Below are positions 43,287 to 56,609 of a DNA stretch of 64,000 nucleotides, one piece after another; the stretch's first letter is position 1, and every line of letters starts with the position of its first letter. Where the stretch lies: the NCBI GenBank assembly GCA_951406725.2, contig OX597824.1, forward strand, positions 29,016,001 through 29,080,000, written 5' to 3'. Both the position numbers and the translations under genes were made by a program. This DNA is from Octopus vulgaris (lineage: Eukaryota). The notes beneath the pieces are model-generated. The model was given only the letters and a program-made list of their open reading frames with translations, had not been told where the DNA came from and made no database searches.

Positions 43287-43552
43287 CAGACAGAGAGATA
43301 GATAAGCAGACTGACAGACAGACAGAGATAGATAAATAGAAAGACATAAACACAGATAGGGAGAGAGTTACTCAGATAGATAGACATATTATATGTATAT
43401 ATATATGTGTCTGTGTATGTGTTTCTGGCTGTCTGTCTATCTGACTAACACTTTCCCTCTCTGTATTTTTGTCTATCTATTTATCTATCTGTGTCTGTCT
43501 GTCAGTCTGTCTATCTATCAGTTATCTATCTATCCATCTCTCTATCTCTCTT

Positions 43553-43642
<90 letters not shown>

Positions 43643-43701
43643 GCAGGAGTGGCTGTGTGGATAGGCGCAGGAGTAGCTGTGTGGTAAGTAGCTCGCTAAC
43701 C

Positions 43702-45722
43702 TCTGACGTGTTCGGACGTGTTTTTTTTGGCTGCTTCAAATGTCACGTGTTGCCACGTGAAATATTGAACTTTGAACTTTTTGGACGACGACAGGTAGGA
43801 CGTTTTATATTTTTAGGGGCTTAGTGAGGTTTATTGCTTGCTTTTAATGTCTTTAGCATTTAATGTTATTTAGCATTAATATTTTTTAGCGGGTAATAGA
43901 CTTCACTTTGCTCCAGATATATTTTTTCTGCCTGTTGTCGAGTTTAAAGTCTCACTTTTTAGTGAGAATTGTGTTTTTTGAGGAGGCGTAGCCCCTCCTC
44001 AAAATATTGATTCAATTTGGATATACCAGGAGGCACCAGGGATATTCGAGGACTGTTTTTTTTTGGGAAGCACCAAGAATAACCATGGATTGCTGTTGAC
44101 GCTTGGCCAGGACTACCTTTTCGGCCAAAAAAAAATATTAATTCTTTGCCAAATTTGAACTCTCTTCCTTTCAGCTATCTTTTATTTGAAAACTCTCTGA
44201 ACTGTATTTTTATTGTAATTCTTCGCTTCTATTGTGTTTTCTCTTCTTACTCTTTCTATCATATTTATTTTTACACCTATTGAACTGTTATTGCATTTTG
44301 TTAAAAATGGCAAAAGAACTCATTGTGTGGGAGCTGGAACCTCCCAAAAAGTAATTGAAACAGCTGGAGGATAAGACCGTGGTGTTGAGAACTTATTCAA
44401 AGTCGCTCAACACCATCGCTGTCTTTCCGAAGGCAACAATCATTGACGAGCTGGCAGATTATATGCCAGCCGTGAAATACATTGCACGGGGAGCCAAATA
44501 CGCAACGGTTTGGTTGCTGTTTGACTCCCCTAAAGCAGCTTGCGATTTCGCAAGCAAGCCCATTGAGGGCAAAGAGATTTTGTTTGTCCCTAGTTACAAG
44601 GGAGAAAAATTAATAAGATTATGGATCTGCGGCCTGCCACCCGGCATTGAACCCGAGTGGATAGAAGACTCTATCCGCCGGGGTCTGGGTGGTAGTAGCG
44701 CTAAGATCCTAAATGTTAGGATACAGCCTGCGGCTGATTGGGGGGATCAGGGTCTGCTTTGGCCCTGTGGGCCCAGTCAGCCAAGAGTCTGGTTTTGTCG
44801 GACTTTTTGAGGATGGCCGGGTCCAAGTATCCGGTGATGCTTGAGGGACGCCCCCCCAAGTGTCACCTGTGTTTGGAGACCGGCCACATCAGGAAGAACT
44901 GCCCCAGGGACCAGAGCGGGATCCTGGAGCGGCTGATATCGGAGCCTCTCCCTGCCTCCTCAACGGAGGGAGAGAAACAGACTGAGGAGGAAAAGACTTC
45001 CTCCAAGGGAAAGAGAAAGGTGGGGAGCAATGGCGACCCACCAAGGGACCTGAAAGCTGCGGGAGAGGAGAACCCGGTGCGTGCGGCTCCGGAGCCTCGG
45101 CCTCCCGTGGCCCAAGGCCAGGGGAAAAGGAGAGAAGGGAGAAACGGAGCGCCGCCGGCGGATTGTGATACGCAGACGGCGTCTCCCGAGTCTCCCGGGT
45201 CCTCTCAGGCGGGTGTGCCGCCTGAGGGACAATTTGTGGAAGAATTCGTGCTCCTCTTTTCAAAGGAGGAACGGTGGAGAATACCGTACGCAAAATGAGA
45301 AAGCGAAGACATTGGGAGGGACTCCGGTCCTGCACGGAGGACCCCGAGTGGCTTTCACAGTTGACTGCGGAGGTCGTAGGAAGGGGTAATCTAGGCAGGA
45401 TCGTGGGTTCCTTCCCGGTGGACTCATTCAAGATCATACCTGTGGACCCCGACCTGACCAGCGATTATTGCCTCGATGAGGCAAGAGCGATGGTCGGCCG
45501 GGTTACATAGGCTTTTGCATTGAACATTTATAATATATTGAAAAAGAGGTTCATTGCCTCCTTTAAAATTGTAAACTGTTGTATCTATTGTAAATTTTGA
45601 ACAATGTTTTAGAGAAGCGAAAGTCTCCCATCACCATCTTCATCCATCACCATCATGCATTAATGTTTTTGTCCAGCCTGCAGCTACTCTTTGTGCTGCC
45701 CTAGTGGCAAATTTTTGAAATA
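43702..45722 (+). mobile_element. ORF1-only non-autonomous non-LTR retroelement (HAL1-like, probably Tx1/L1-derived), apparently full length with 16-bp TSD
   Basis: TSD aagtagctcgctaacc (43686-43701) / aagtagcttgctaacc (45723-45738). It has a 5' UTR of about 600 bp, one GC-rich coding region, an AT-rich 3' UTR of about 210 bp and a terminal stem-loop. No RT or endonuclease sequence is visible. Confidence 0.8.
44307..45510 (+). pseudogene. Disrupted ORF1-like protein (about 400 aa) with a CCHC zinc knuckle and an RRM-like N-terminal region
   Basis: aaaATGG at 44307 gives MAKELIVWELEPPKK, then an in-frame stop at 44352-44354 before ORF 44355-44810. A frameshift near the G-run at about 44740 leads into ...VMLEGRPPKCHLCLETGHIRKNCP (CX2CX4HX4C). 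A probable second shift near 45280 ends at TAG 45510. Confidence 0.75.
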
Positions 45723-46120
45723 AAGTAGCTTGCTAACCAACCACAACATAGTTCCGGGTTCAGTCCCACTGCGTGGCATCTTGTGCAAGTGTCTTCTGCT
45801 ATAGCCTCGAGCCGACCAATGCCTTGTGAGTGGATTTGGTAGACGGAAACTGAAAGAAGCCTGTCGTATGTATGTATATATATATAAGTGTGTGTTTATA
45901 TGTTTGTGTGTCCGTGTTTGTCCCCCTAGCATTGCTTGACAACCGATGCTAGTGTGTTTACGTCCCCGTCACTTAGCGGTTCGGCAAAAGAGACCGATAG
46001 AATAAGTGCTGGGCTTACAAAGAATAAGTCCCGAGGTCGATTTGCTCGACTAAAGGCGGTGCTCCAGCATGGCCGCAGTCAAATGACTGAAACAAGTAAA
46101 AGAGTAAAAGAGTAAAAAGA

Positions 46121-46156
<36 letters not shown>

Positions 46157-46989
46157 GTCTGTCTGTCTGTTTGTGTGTGCGTGTCAATCTGTCTATCTGC
46201 TTGTTTATTCCCTTCTGTGTGTGCGTGGATTTGTATATATGGATGTGTTCAAACATAAATGCAATCATGCCTGTCTATCTATCTTTCTATCTACTACCTA
46301 CCTACTTACATACCTACCCACCTACCTATACCTATCTACATACATACATGCATTCTTACATATATGCACGCATACATACATACATACATACATACATACA
46401 TACATACATACATACATACATACATACATACATACATACATACATACATCCATACCCATTGTATGACACAATAAGATGGCACCCCTTTAACATCTCTCAG
46501 CAAGATGGATGGATGGATGGATGGATGGAAGGAGGTATCATTCCGACGGAACCGATATATGCAATTGAGTTCCTTCCACTGAACTGCCATAAATGTATGG
46601 AAGTACATTAGTAGCATTAATTGTATTAAAAGGGGAAAAATGTGTATTACAAGTTCCCATAATGGATCTGATGATGCAAGACAAGTTGATTGACAAACTT
46701 TATCAAAGAGAATACAAGAAGATGAAATAATGATAAAAAAAAAACAGGAGAGAAAGAGAGAAGGAAAGAAGGATGTTGTAATACGGTTATTAATGGCGGT
46801 GTAGGTAACGGTGATGAATTGAACGTTATATTCTGTGCAGAGGGGGAGGCTTGGTGGTATTTTTGTTGTCGTTGCTATTATCGTTGTTTTGGGTTGTTGC
46901 TGTTTTTTTTTACATTTTGGATGTGGTTGTTTGGGGTTGTTTGGGGTTGTTTGGGGTCGTTTTGCTGGTGGTTGTGGTGACCGTGGTAG

Positions 46990-47903
46990 AGAATGTTGTT
47001 GTTGTTGTTGTTGTGGTGGTGGTTTTGTGGTGATGGGAAGGTTGTGGTGGTAGTGGTGGTCACAAGAGAAACAGAAACGCTGTTGCTAATGATGATGAAG
47101 ATGATGATGATGATGATGATGATGGTGATAATGATGATGATGATAATGATGATGATGATGATGATAATGGTGAGGAGGAGAAGAAGAAGAAGAAGAAGAA
47201 GAAGAAGAAGAAGAAGAAAGAAGGAGGAGGAGAAGAAGAAGAAGAAGAAGAAGAAAAGAAGAAAGGGAAGAAGTAGAAGAAGAAGACGAAGAAGAAGAAG
47301 AAGAAGAAGAAGAAGAAGAAGGTGAAGAAGAAGGAGAGGAAGACGAAGAAGAAGAAGAAGAAGAAGAAGATTGTTTGGATGATTCTTGACGATCATAATC
47401 AGCGTGGGCATCATGCAGTATATAAATGCCATCATCATCACCAGCAGCAGTATTATTACCATCATCGTCTTGTTTCATCATTATCATCATCATCGTCGTC
47501 GTCGTCGTTGCCGTCATTATCATCCTTGTCATCATTAACATCATCATCATCATCATCATCAGTATAATCATTCTCATTCTTCGTATTAGTATTAGCAATA
47601 GTATCAGCAGTAGCAAAATTAGTAGAAGTAGTAGTATACTGATAACGATGATGAAGATGATGATGATGATTGACTTTTTAGTGTTAATGATGTTGATGAT
47701 GATGTTAATGACGATGGTGATGATGATGATGATGATGATGATGATGGTGACGACGGCAATGATGAGGATGATGATCATGATCATGATGATGATCATGAGG
47801 ATGGCGACGACGATGGTGATGATGATGATAAAGCATTATCGGATGCTTACGCTGCATCCGATGATGTTGCTGCTGCTTTTGTTGTTGTTGCTGCTGCTGC
47901 TGT

Positions 47904-47935
<32 letters not shown>

Positions 47936-47950
47936 GTGTGGTGGTGGTGT
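46990..47950. repeat. Compound trinucleotide low-complexity region (GTT/GAT/GAA/CAT/GCT)
   Basis: Direct inspection. Confidence 0.9.
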
Positions 47951-48334
47951 TCTCGGTGGCGGGGAGGTCGTTGATGGCGGCGGTAAAAGTGATGCAACCC
48001 AACCATTGTAAAGACAGCGATAATTATGTTGCTATATATATTACACTTTTCCGAAGAAAACCACTCAAATGTGAAAACTACAAATCTTTATATCTATTTC
48101 AATTTATTGAAGCGTGAAGTGAATAGCGTTATTTTTAAATCGAGTAGAAACATTTAACAAATAATAGCGATGGAATCTGTGATTAAAATTGCCATATTGT
48201 CATTTGACGAGGAAGCATTCCTATTGATAAAGACTGATGATGTTAATAATAATAATGAACACTAAAATACATAGATTTATAAGATGGGCGGGGAGAGCCG
48301 GAAACGATTTATAGGAAGTAAAGAAATAATTAAA

Positions 48335-48410
<76 letters not shown>

Positions 48411-48481
48411 GTATGAAACGTTTCCAAAGTGTGTAGGGTGCGGTGGTTGCAGCGTGTGGGAAGGGAGCTTTGGAGGGGTGG

Positions 48482-48523
<42 letters not shown>

Positions 48524-48634
48524 GGTGTTTGTGTTGAACGTCTTTTAAAAGAAGAAATGTATTGTAATAATCCGTAGAGGAATGGTTAGGGGGTGAATGG
48601 CTTTATGCAAATACATACACACATACACATACGT

Positions 48635-48683
<49 letters not shown>

Positions 48684-48760
48684 GTATGTATACAAATACA
48701 TACATACATATGTATGTGTGTGCATGTATACGTATACACACATACGTGCAGGCATATGTC

Positions 48761-48796
<36 letters not shown>

Positions 48797-48797
48797 C

Positions 48798-48828
<31 letters not shown>

Positions 48829-48842
48829 CTTTCCAAACGGAA

Positions 48843-48892
<50 letters not shown>

Positions 48893-48898
48893 TATATT

Positions 48899-48944
<46 letters not shown>

Positions 48945-49103
48945 TATATTCATACATATATATGTGTATATAACTATATTTGCTTATATCTATATAAGTA
49001 TAATATATATATGTACATATGTATGCATAAATATATATATATATGCACATATATTTCATATGAGTGTTTATATTTATATGCATATATGTATGCGCAAATA
49101 CGT

Positions 49104-49179
<76 letters not shown>

Positions 49180-49538
49180 ACTGATAGAGAAAGAGAGAGG
49201 AGTAGTAAGAGATTGGATGAGAGAGTCAATGGCTTACGTAAGTGTGAACCGTGTGTGAGACACAAGAATGTGTCGGTAACTCAAGTTGTTGAATTTACGG
49301 ATGTATTTGTGCGATAAATTTAATAAATATTTAAATATTGTGCCACATATATTCAATTATACACATACCAATACACGAATGTAAGCGTTTGATTGTGTGT
49401 GTTATTCGAGGTATGTTATATAAGAGCCTATATGTGTGTGTGTATTCGTATGTGTGTGTGTATTTGCATAAAGACATTCACGTAAACCATTCCTCTACCG
49501 ATTATTATATAAGATTGTATAAGAGCCCGTGTGTATGT

Positions 49539-49601
<63 letters not shown>

Positions 49602-50269
49602 TGTACGTGTTTGTGTAAAAACACTATCTTTGCTGATTGTGTAGAAATTAGTGTAAGAAGGTTTCTCAGTTTGCTCTGTGGATTTATTTCATATTCCCTT
49701 ATAAGGAGCTTCGAAGTCCTCGACCCGAAACTTTGAGAAAGAAACGCGTTTCAAGGGGAAAATATTCCCCATGCATACAGTATACTATAGTTTCTGCTAT
49801 AGTTACAAGTCCTGGAATTTTGTTGAAGATGATTACATCGTTCCCCTAGTGCTCAATTAGTACCTACTTTATCTAACCCGAAAGGGACGAAAGGCAAATG
49901 GACTTCCTTTCAATTTGAACTCGGAACATGAACAGCTAGAAGAAATGCCGCTAAGCATTTTGTCCAATGCGCTAAAAATTCTGCCAGCTTGCTATTTTGC
50001 ATACAATATACAATCTTTCAATTTAACAGCACGTTAACATTTCTATTAAGGCTTCCATGGAATTATCAATAATTTCATCGAAACACACAAAAAAGACGGA
50101 CAAAATACTTAACGGCCTCACTTCCGTCTTTCCGTCTTGAGTTCGAATTCCGCCGAGATCGATTTTGCTTTGGGGTCAGTGAAATAAGTATCAGTTACGC
50201 ACTGGGGTCGATGTGATCGACTAACCATCTCACCCCAAAATTTCAGACCTTGTGTCTATAATAGAAAAG

Positions 50270-50344
<75 letters not shown>

Positions 50345-50347
<3 letters not shown>

Positions 50348-51394
50348 TAGTCTTATTTTTATAACGTGCTTTCACTGCACTACCCAAGCGCGGCTCTGTG
50401 TGCCTTGGGTATGTGCTGTGGTTTGCTGCGATGCTCTTATGGTTATTGTACTAAAAGTGTTTTACGTAAGATGTGTGCAGTGTCAAGTAGGGCTATTTTC
50501 TGTATGTTATATATATTTGTAAGTCCTGGTGTTTTTGTTATGTATTTGTCTGAATATTTTTTTATCATACCTAATGCGGCCACTATAATATGAATTGCTT
50601 CTGTTTTTAGATTCCACATTCGAGTTACCTCTATATCCAGGTCTTTGTATTTTGAAAGTCTCTACTTTTCTTTTAGAGAAACGTTGTGATCTGTTGGTAT
50701 TGATACATCAGTTAGAAAGCATTTTTCCTTCATGATCTCTGACAACTATATCTAGCCTATTGGCCTTAATTGGCACTTTCTTTCAGTATTATACCTCCTT
50801 TTCAGATCCTTGTAGTTTTGTTCGCTTTTAATCTCCCCTTTCTCTTTTCGGTCTAACACAGAAATGTAGCTTCGAGAGCATATCTAACCCTGCCTGTATT
50901 CTTCTTTTCTACCATGGATCTTTACTTTTGTCACTCCCGTTATATTTATTTTTCCTGACATCAACACCCACGTTTTCTGCTACAATAATACTTGCTGCCT
51001 TGATCAAATTATTAACTTCTGTGATGTTGTTTGTTATGATATATTTCAGAGTTTCATTGATATTTTTCGTTTCTTGGTTCAATTTCCACTGACCAACCTT
51101 TTTAAGGTTGCAAATAATGTCACTATCGTTCTCCTGTAGTCTTGCCTTTATTCTGTCGTAGATTGCCTTTTGCTCATCTGTCATGTCACCATTAGTTTTA
51201 ATATCTTCTTACAGATCATCTGTATGTCTCTCATCAAGTAAGCCAATACTGCTCCTTTCCTGTGCTATGAGATTACTTTTATTAGTAAGAACTGTATTTT
51301 CATCATTATCTCTGCTGCTATTTTCCAAGACCCATCTTTTGATAGCTTCGAGCTCTACTTCTGCAAACCAACAATTTTTTCTTATTGCTCTAGC
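50345..51394 (-). mobile_element. Dong/R4-type LINE: N-terminal region joined to REL C-terminus (RT absent), in (TAA)n
   Basis: N-terminal part ARAIRKNCWFAEVELEAIKR...NITEVNNLIKAASIIVAENVG...DPW*KRRI. C-terminal part IKANRLDIVVRD...KYKDLDIEVTRMWNLK...IQKIALLDTAHILRK. Junction near 50772; (ATT)n on both sides. Confidence 0.8.
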
Positions 51395-51484
<90 letters not shown>

Positions 51485-51501
51485 AACTACTGCTGCTGCT
51501 G

Positions 51502-51534
<33 letters not shown>

Positions 51535-51829
51535 TCATTATTATTATCATTATTATCACTATCGTAAAGATCGTCTTCATCAAGGCAGAATCGTTAGCCC
51601 CCCCCCCCCCCATGCAATGTGCTTAGCGGCATTTCGTACGTCTTTACCTTCTGATTTTAAATTGCACCAATTTCTACCTCCAACATTTCGGCGTCGATAA
51701 AATAAATACCAGTTGTGTACGGAGATCAGTGTAATCAACTCAGCCCCGCTCCACTACCACTACCACCACCAGCCTCCAAAATTTCAGCCCTTGTGCTTTT
51801 AGTAGCAATCATCATCATCACCATCATCG

Positions 51830-51860
<31 letters not shown>

Positions 51861-52245
51861 CATCATCCTCATCATCATCATCATCATCATCGTCATCATC
51901 ATCATCATCATCATCATTATCATCATCGTCATCGCAGCCGTCGTCATCATCATCATCATCAAGACGTCGAGCTGGCAGAATCGTTATCGCACCGTAAAAA
52001 CATAATTTTAAAAAAAGTGGTTAGCGGCATTCCTTCCGCCTGTACACGTTGAACGACGATTTTTGCCTTTCACCCTTTCAGTGTAGATAAAATAAAATAC
52101 CAGTCAAGTGCTGGGGGTCAATATAATCGACCTACCTCCTTCTCCGTAATATTACAGGCCATGAACCTGTAATAAGAAAGAATTATTATTATCATTTCTT
52201 TCACAATATTGGTTTCTAAAAATAATCATTTATAATCCATTTTAA

Positions 52246-52575
<330 letters not shown>

Positions 52576-53196
52576 ATTTACTCGTGTATATATTCGAGTT
52601 TTTCAAAATAATTTGTTGAATACTTCTTAATGCTTTGGCTTAATATATAAGAAATATTCTTTTTCCTTTACTATATATTTCGTAAATTTTTTTCGTTTGC
52701 TTTTTGTTAATTAATATTTCAACGATAAATATATGACATGGAAAGAGTAAGGTTAGAAGATTACAAACGAAAAAAAAATAACAACTGAAATTGATGTTGT
52801 GGACGGTGTTGGTGTTGGTGTTGCTTATTTTATGTAGTTTTATGTTGTTATAGGTTGAGATCAGCAGGGATATAGATGCAAGGTTGTGGATGTGCAGTTT
52901 GTATTAGGAATGTTCAGTGTGTGTGTTGACTGTGTTTCAGGATAATTAATATCATACTAAGGATAGATATTCCTATATAAAATTACCCCTAAAATTAACA
53001 CACACTTATATATATATGCACACGTACATTGATCGTATGTTGCTCTTTTTTTGGGGTGTTAGCGTTAAATTGTTGTTTGAGAAGAATATTTAATTAAATT
53101 TTGTACGTAAGCAATTTTTTCTCGTTTCTATTTTTTCAGAAATATTAGTAATGAATTTTTTTTATAACTGTATTGATATTTTAATATATCACACAC

Positions 53197-53245
<49 letters not shown>

Positions 53246-53259
53246 ATATTAAAATATCA

Positions 53260-53293
<34 letters not shown>

Positions 53294-53295
53294 AA

Positions 53296-53328
<33 letters not shown>

Positions 53329-53378
53329 TGATATTTTAATATTACATATATATATTTGTTTATATATATATATGTATA

Positions 53379-53409
<31 letters not shown>

Positions 53410-53436
53410 GCATATATATATATATGTATGTATGCA

Positions 53437-53468
<32 letters not shown>

Positions 53469-54103
53469 GGTAGGTAGGTAGGTATTAAGAGACCGACAGA
53501 TTTAGATGCGTATATATATACATAGGCAGTTGTTTATATACATACACATACGCGCAGACAAACGTACACATGTTGAGTGTGTGTTTCTCTGCGTGTGTTT
53601 CGTGCATGTGTATGCGCGCGCGCGTGACTTTGCGCGTTCCCGTGTATGTGTGTAAATGAATTCTGTGAGATGCCTTGCTTTTATTGTATATACACTGTGT
53701 CTCAAAGAAGTTTTTCAATATTTGATTTTATATTACACAGTTATTAATATTAGCCCCCGTGGGGACAATTGATTAATTAATTAATTAACTGATTAAAGCA
53801 CTCTCTTTAGTTACTTTTCTTAACAATGTGAGTTCTAATACCGATCAGAACGATTTTATCGACTGAAGGTGTTAGCCGCCATTTTCTTCACCAGGCAAAG
53901 AAAATGTCAGCCTTGTATGTCTTCTGAAGAATCGTAATTCACAATGATCAATGAGTGTTGCATTAATACACTGTGGAATAATGTCATTATATTATATAAA
54001 GTGATCATTTCTTTGGGTTTTTGGTAAGATTGTAAGCCATCTTTATTTGATTAGTATGAAGTCGCTCTCGAAACACCGACCTAAAAATATAGCTGGCACA
54101 ATA

Positions 54104-54674
54104 GGCGTAGGAGTGGCTGTGTGGTACGTCGCTTGAGCAAGTGTCTTCTACTATAGCCTCGGGCCGACCATAGCCTTATAAGTGGATTTGATAGGCGGAA
54201 ACTGAAAGAAACCCGTCGTATATATGTATGTATATATATATATAGTTAATCCAAGCATGAAAACACAAAGAGAAAACACAACAACGCGAGGACGTGGAAC
54301 AAGTATAGTATTATTGGACGCTCAGGAAAGAAGGAAAGAAGGAGTGCTTAACGTTTCGAGCGGAGCTCTTCGTCAGAAACATAGGAAAAGGAAAGATTCA
54401 AAGAGGGGAAGACGGAGGGAAAAAATCGCCAATGGTACACACGCGGTATATGTATGTATACGTGTGTGTCTGTGTTTGTCCCCCACCCAACATCGCTTGA
54501 CAACCGATGCTGATGTGTTACGTACCCGTAACTTAGCGGTTCAGCAAAAGAGACCGATAGAGTAAGTACTAGGCTTACAAAGAATAAGTTCTGGTGTCGA
54601 TTTGCTCGACTAAAGGCGGTGCCCCAGCATGGCCACAGTCAAATGACTGAAACAAGTCAAAGAGTAAAAGAGAG
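54104..54674 (+). mobile_element. SINE-B copy with a 200-bp Penelope-like fragment (54245-54447) in its internal TA tract
   Basis: SINE-B halves flank an insert homologous (inverted) to 42110-42270. Confidence 0.8.
54346..54380 (-). ncRNA. Minimal hammerhead-like motif of the Penelope variant type
   Basis: Minus strand reads GTTT-CTGACGA-A-GAGC-tcc-GCTC-GAAAC-GTT-AAGC. A decayed homologue lies at 42143-42179 (+). Confidence 0.6.
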
Positions 54675-55165
54675 TCTCCGTCGGTTACGACGATGATGGC
54701 TCCAGTTGATCCGATCAACGGAACAGCCCGCTCGTGAAATTAACGTGCCAGTGGTTGAACACTCCTTAATGTAGTTCTCAGTCAGATTCAGCGTGACACC
54801 GAATGTGAGAAGGCTTGAGTCTTTGAAATACAGCTACATCTCATGTTTGCTAATTGGGACACTGCAGCATCGTGAAATTAAATGTCTCGCTCAAGGACAT
54901 AATGTGCCGCACGAAAAGGAACTCTTAAACGTACGATCGTCCTAAAAGCATGACGTCTATACTTTTCTACCTTTTCGGTCCGTATTACGATGGCTTCTAA
55001 GGGACATTCAACTCACTCCTATCTAGACGGTTAATTATTCAGTCTGTATCCGATGTTTTGCTAATCGCTACCACCGTTCTCCCCAGAATGTTGACAACTA
55101 TTCCCCCTCCAGGCACACACATACAAACACTCTTTCATTTTATTATCATTATTATTATTATTATT

Positions 55166-55386
55166 CTATGTTTGATTTTTGCTTTATATTTGTACAAGTT
55201 GGCTCCAAGTCTCACGCAGAGACCTCAAGAGACAACAGGTTGGAAGTTCATGTTGTTGTTATGCCTAGTGTGCCATATATTTGTATTTTTTTGGTGTTGT
55301 ACTAGTGAATGTCAAAAAAAAACGAAAATTATGTTTGTTTTAAACCCTGAGATTACATAGAAAGTATTTTGCGTAGGATATGAGCA
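55166..55386 (-). mobile_element. Dong/R4-type LINE short 3' fragment (same family as 19977-20754)
   Basis: Near-identical 3' UTR (tacaagttggctccaagtctcac...gagacctcaagagacaacagg) and terminal codons AHILRKILSM*. Confidence 0.85.
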
Positions 55387-55394
55387 TTATTATT

Positions 55395-56609
55395 TTTTTT
55401 TCTTCTTTCAAATTTGCTTCCATTTCTTGCCGAGTGTCTTCCCGACTCCTGGGGCAAAGAAACTCATAGTATACATTGGTAGGCCATTAAACTAAACTCA
55501 ATAGTTCGTTCATTTTTTTTTAAAGTTAAATTAAAATACATGGGTAGTAATAGTTCTCACATTGACAGTGCTCTTCTCAATACGTGTGATGTACCAGTTA
55601 AGACAATCTTTTGCAATTCTTGCAGGGATGGTAAGCCAGGGATCATTCTCATATAATTTTCGGTTCCCTTCTTGATCATTCCTAGTGCTCCTACGATCAC
55701 TGGTATTGTAACCGCCTTGGGATGCCACATTTTCTCAATTTCAATGAGTAGGTCTTTATATTTTCTGAGCTTGTCAAACTCTTTTGCTGAGATATTATGA
55801 TCACAGGGGATGCTCATGTCGATCAATAAGCAAACTTTATTATCTTGGTCTTTCACAGCAATATCTGGTTTATTGGCTTTGATGGTTCGGTCTGTATGTA
55901 CTGGAAAGTCCCACAGAATCGTTACATTTTCTCCTTCAGTTACAGCTTCAGGGTGGTGATTATACCACTTGTCGGCAGTTTTGATATTGTAATGCCGACT
56001 TATTAGCCAGTGTAGATATTGGCCAGCTCTGTCATGTCTTAATTTATACTCCACTGGTGCTAAGACTTTACATCCAGAGATTAGGTGGTCCACTGTTTCA
56101 ATCATGTCGTTGCAGAATCGGCATTTTGGGTCTGCTCCATTTTTCATCACATTGGCCTGGTAGTTCCGGGTTAATAGGCTTTTATCTTGAGCAGCCAGGA
56201 TGAAACCTTCGCTCTCTGCTTTTAGCCCTGAGCTCCGTAGCCACTGATGGGTTTGCTTCTGGTCAACATCAGCTTGTTTGCTGCGGGCCACATATTTGCC
56301 GTGCAGAGGTTTCTCCTCCCACCTATCAGCCAATTGCTCGTGCGCTTTTTTCGTTGCCATTATTTTCACCTTCTTTGCAACAATAGTTGCCTTACTTCCC
56401 TCGGGTTGTTCAGTTTGGGTATCCTGCACGAGATCAATAGCAAATTTTTTGCTTTCCTTTATGATAGACTGAAGCTTCTTTCGTCTCTCGTGACTTTCCA
56501 CGAGCTTTAGCATCCAGTCATTCGTTATTTCAAGATATTTGGCCAGTCCAATTGTGGTTGTTTTGTAAGCTAGTTCAAATTGGATCAGGCCTCGACCTCC
56601 TTGGGCTCT

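Larger units (their letters stand above)
43640..46122 (+). mobile_element. SINE-B copy split by the 2-kb ORF1-only element
   Basis: Head at 43640-43701 (with its first ~24 nt duplicated); the remainder resumes at 45723 and runs to (gtaaaaga)n. Confidence 0.88.

Noticed and set aside
44889-45437. Overlapping antisense and alternative-frame ORFs in the GC-rich part of the ORF1-only element
   Set aside because: Expected shadows of GC-rich coding sequence; no recognisable motifs.
43702-45722. Interpretation as an LTR retrotransposon gag gene
   Set aside because: No LTRs, PBS or PPT; a 16-bp TSD and LINE-like tail fit target-primed retrotransposition instead.
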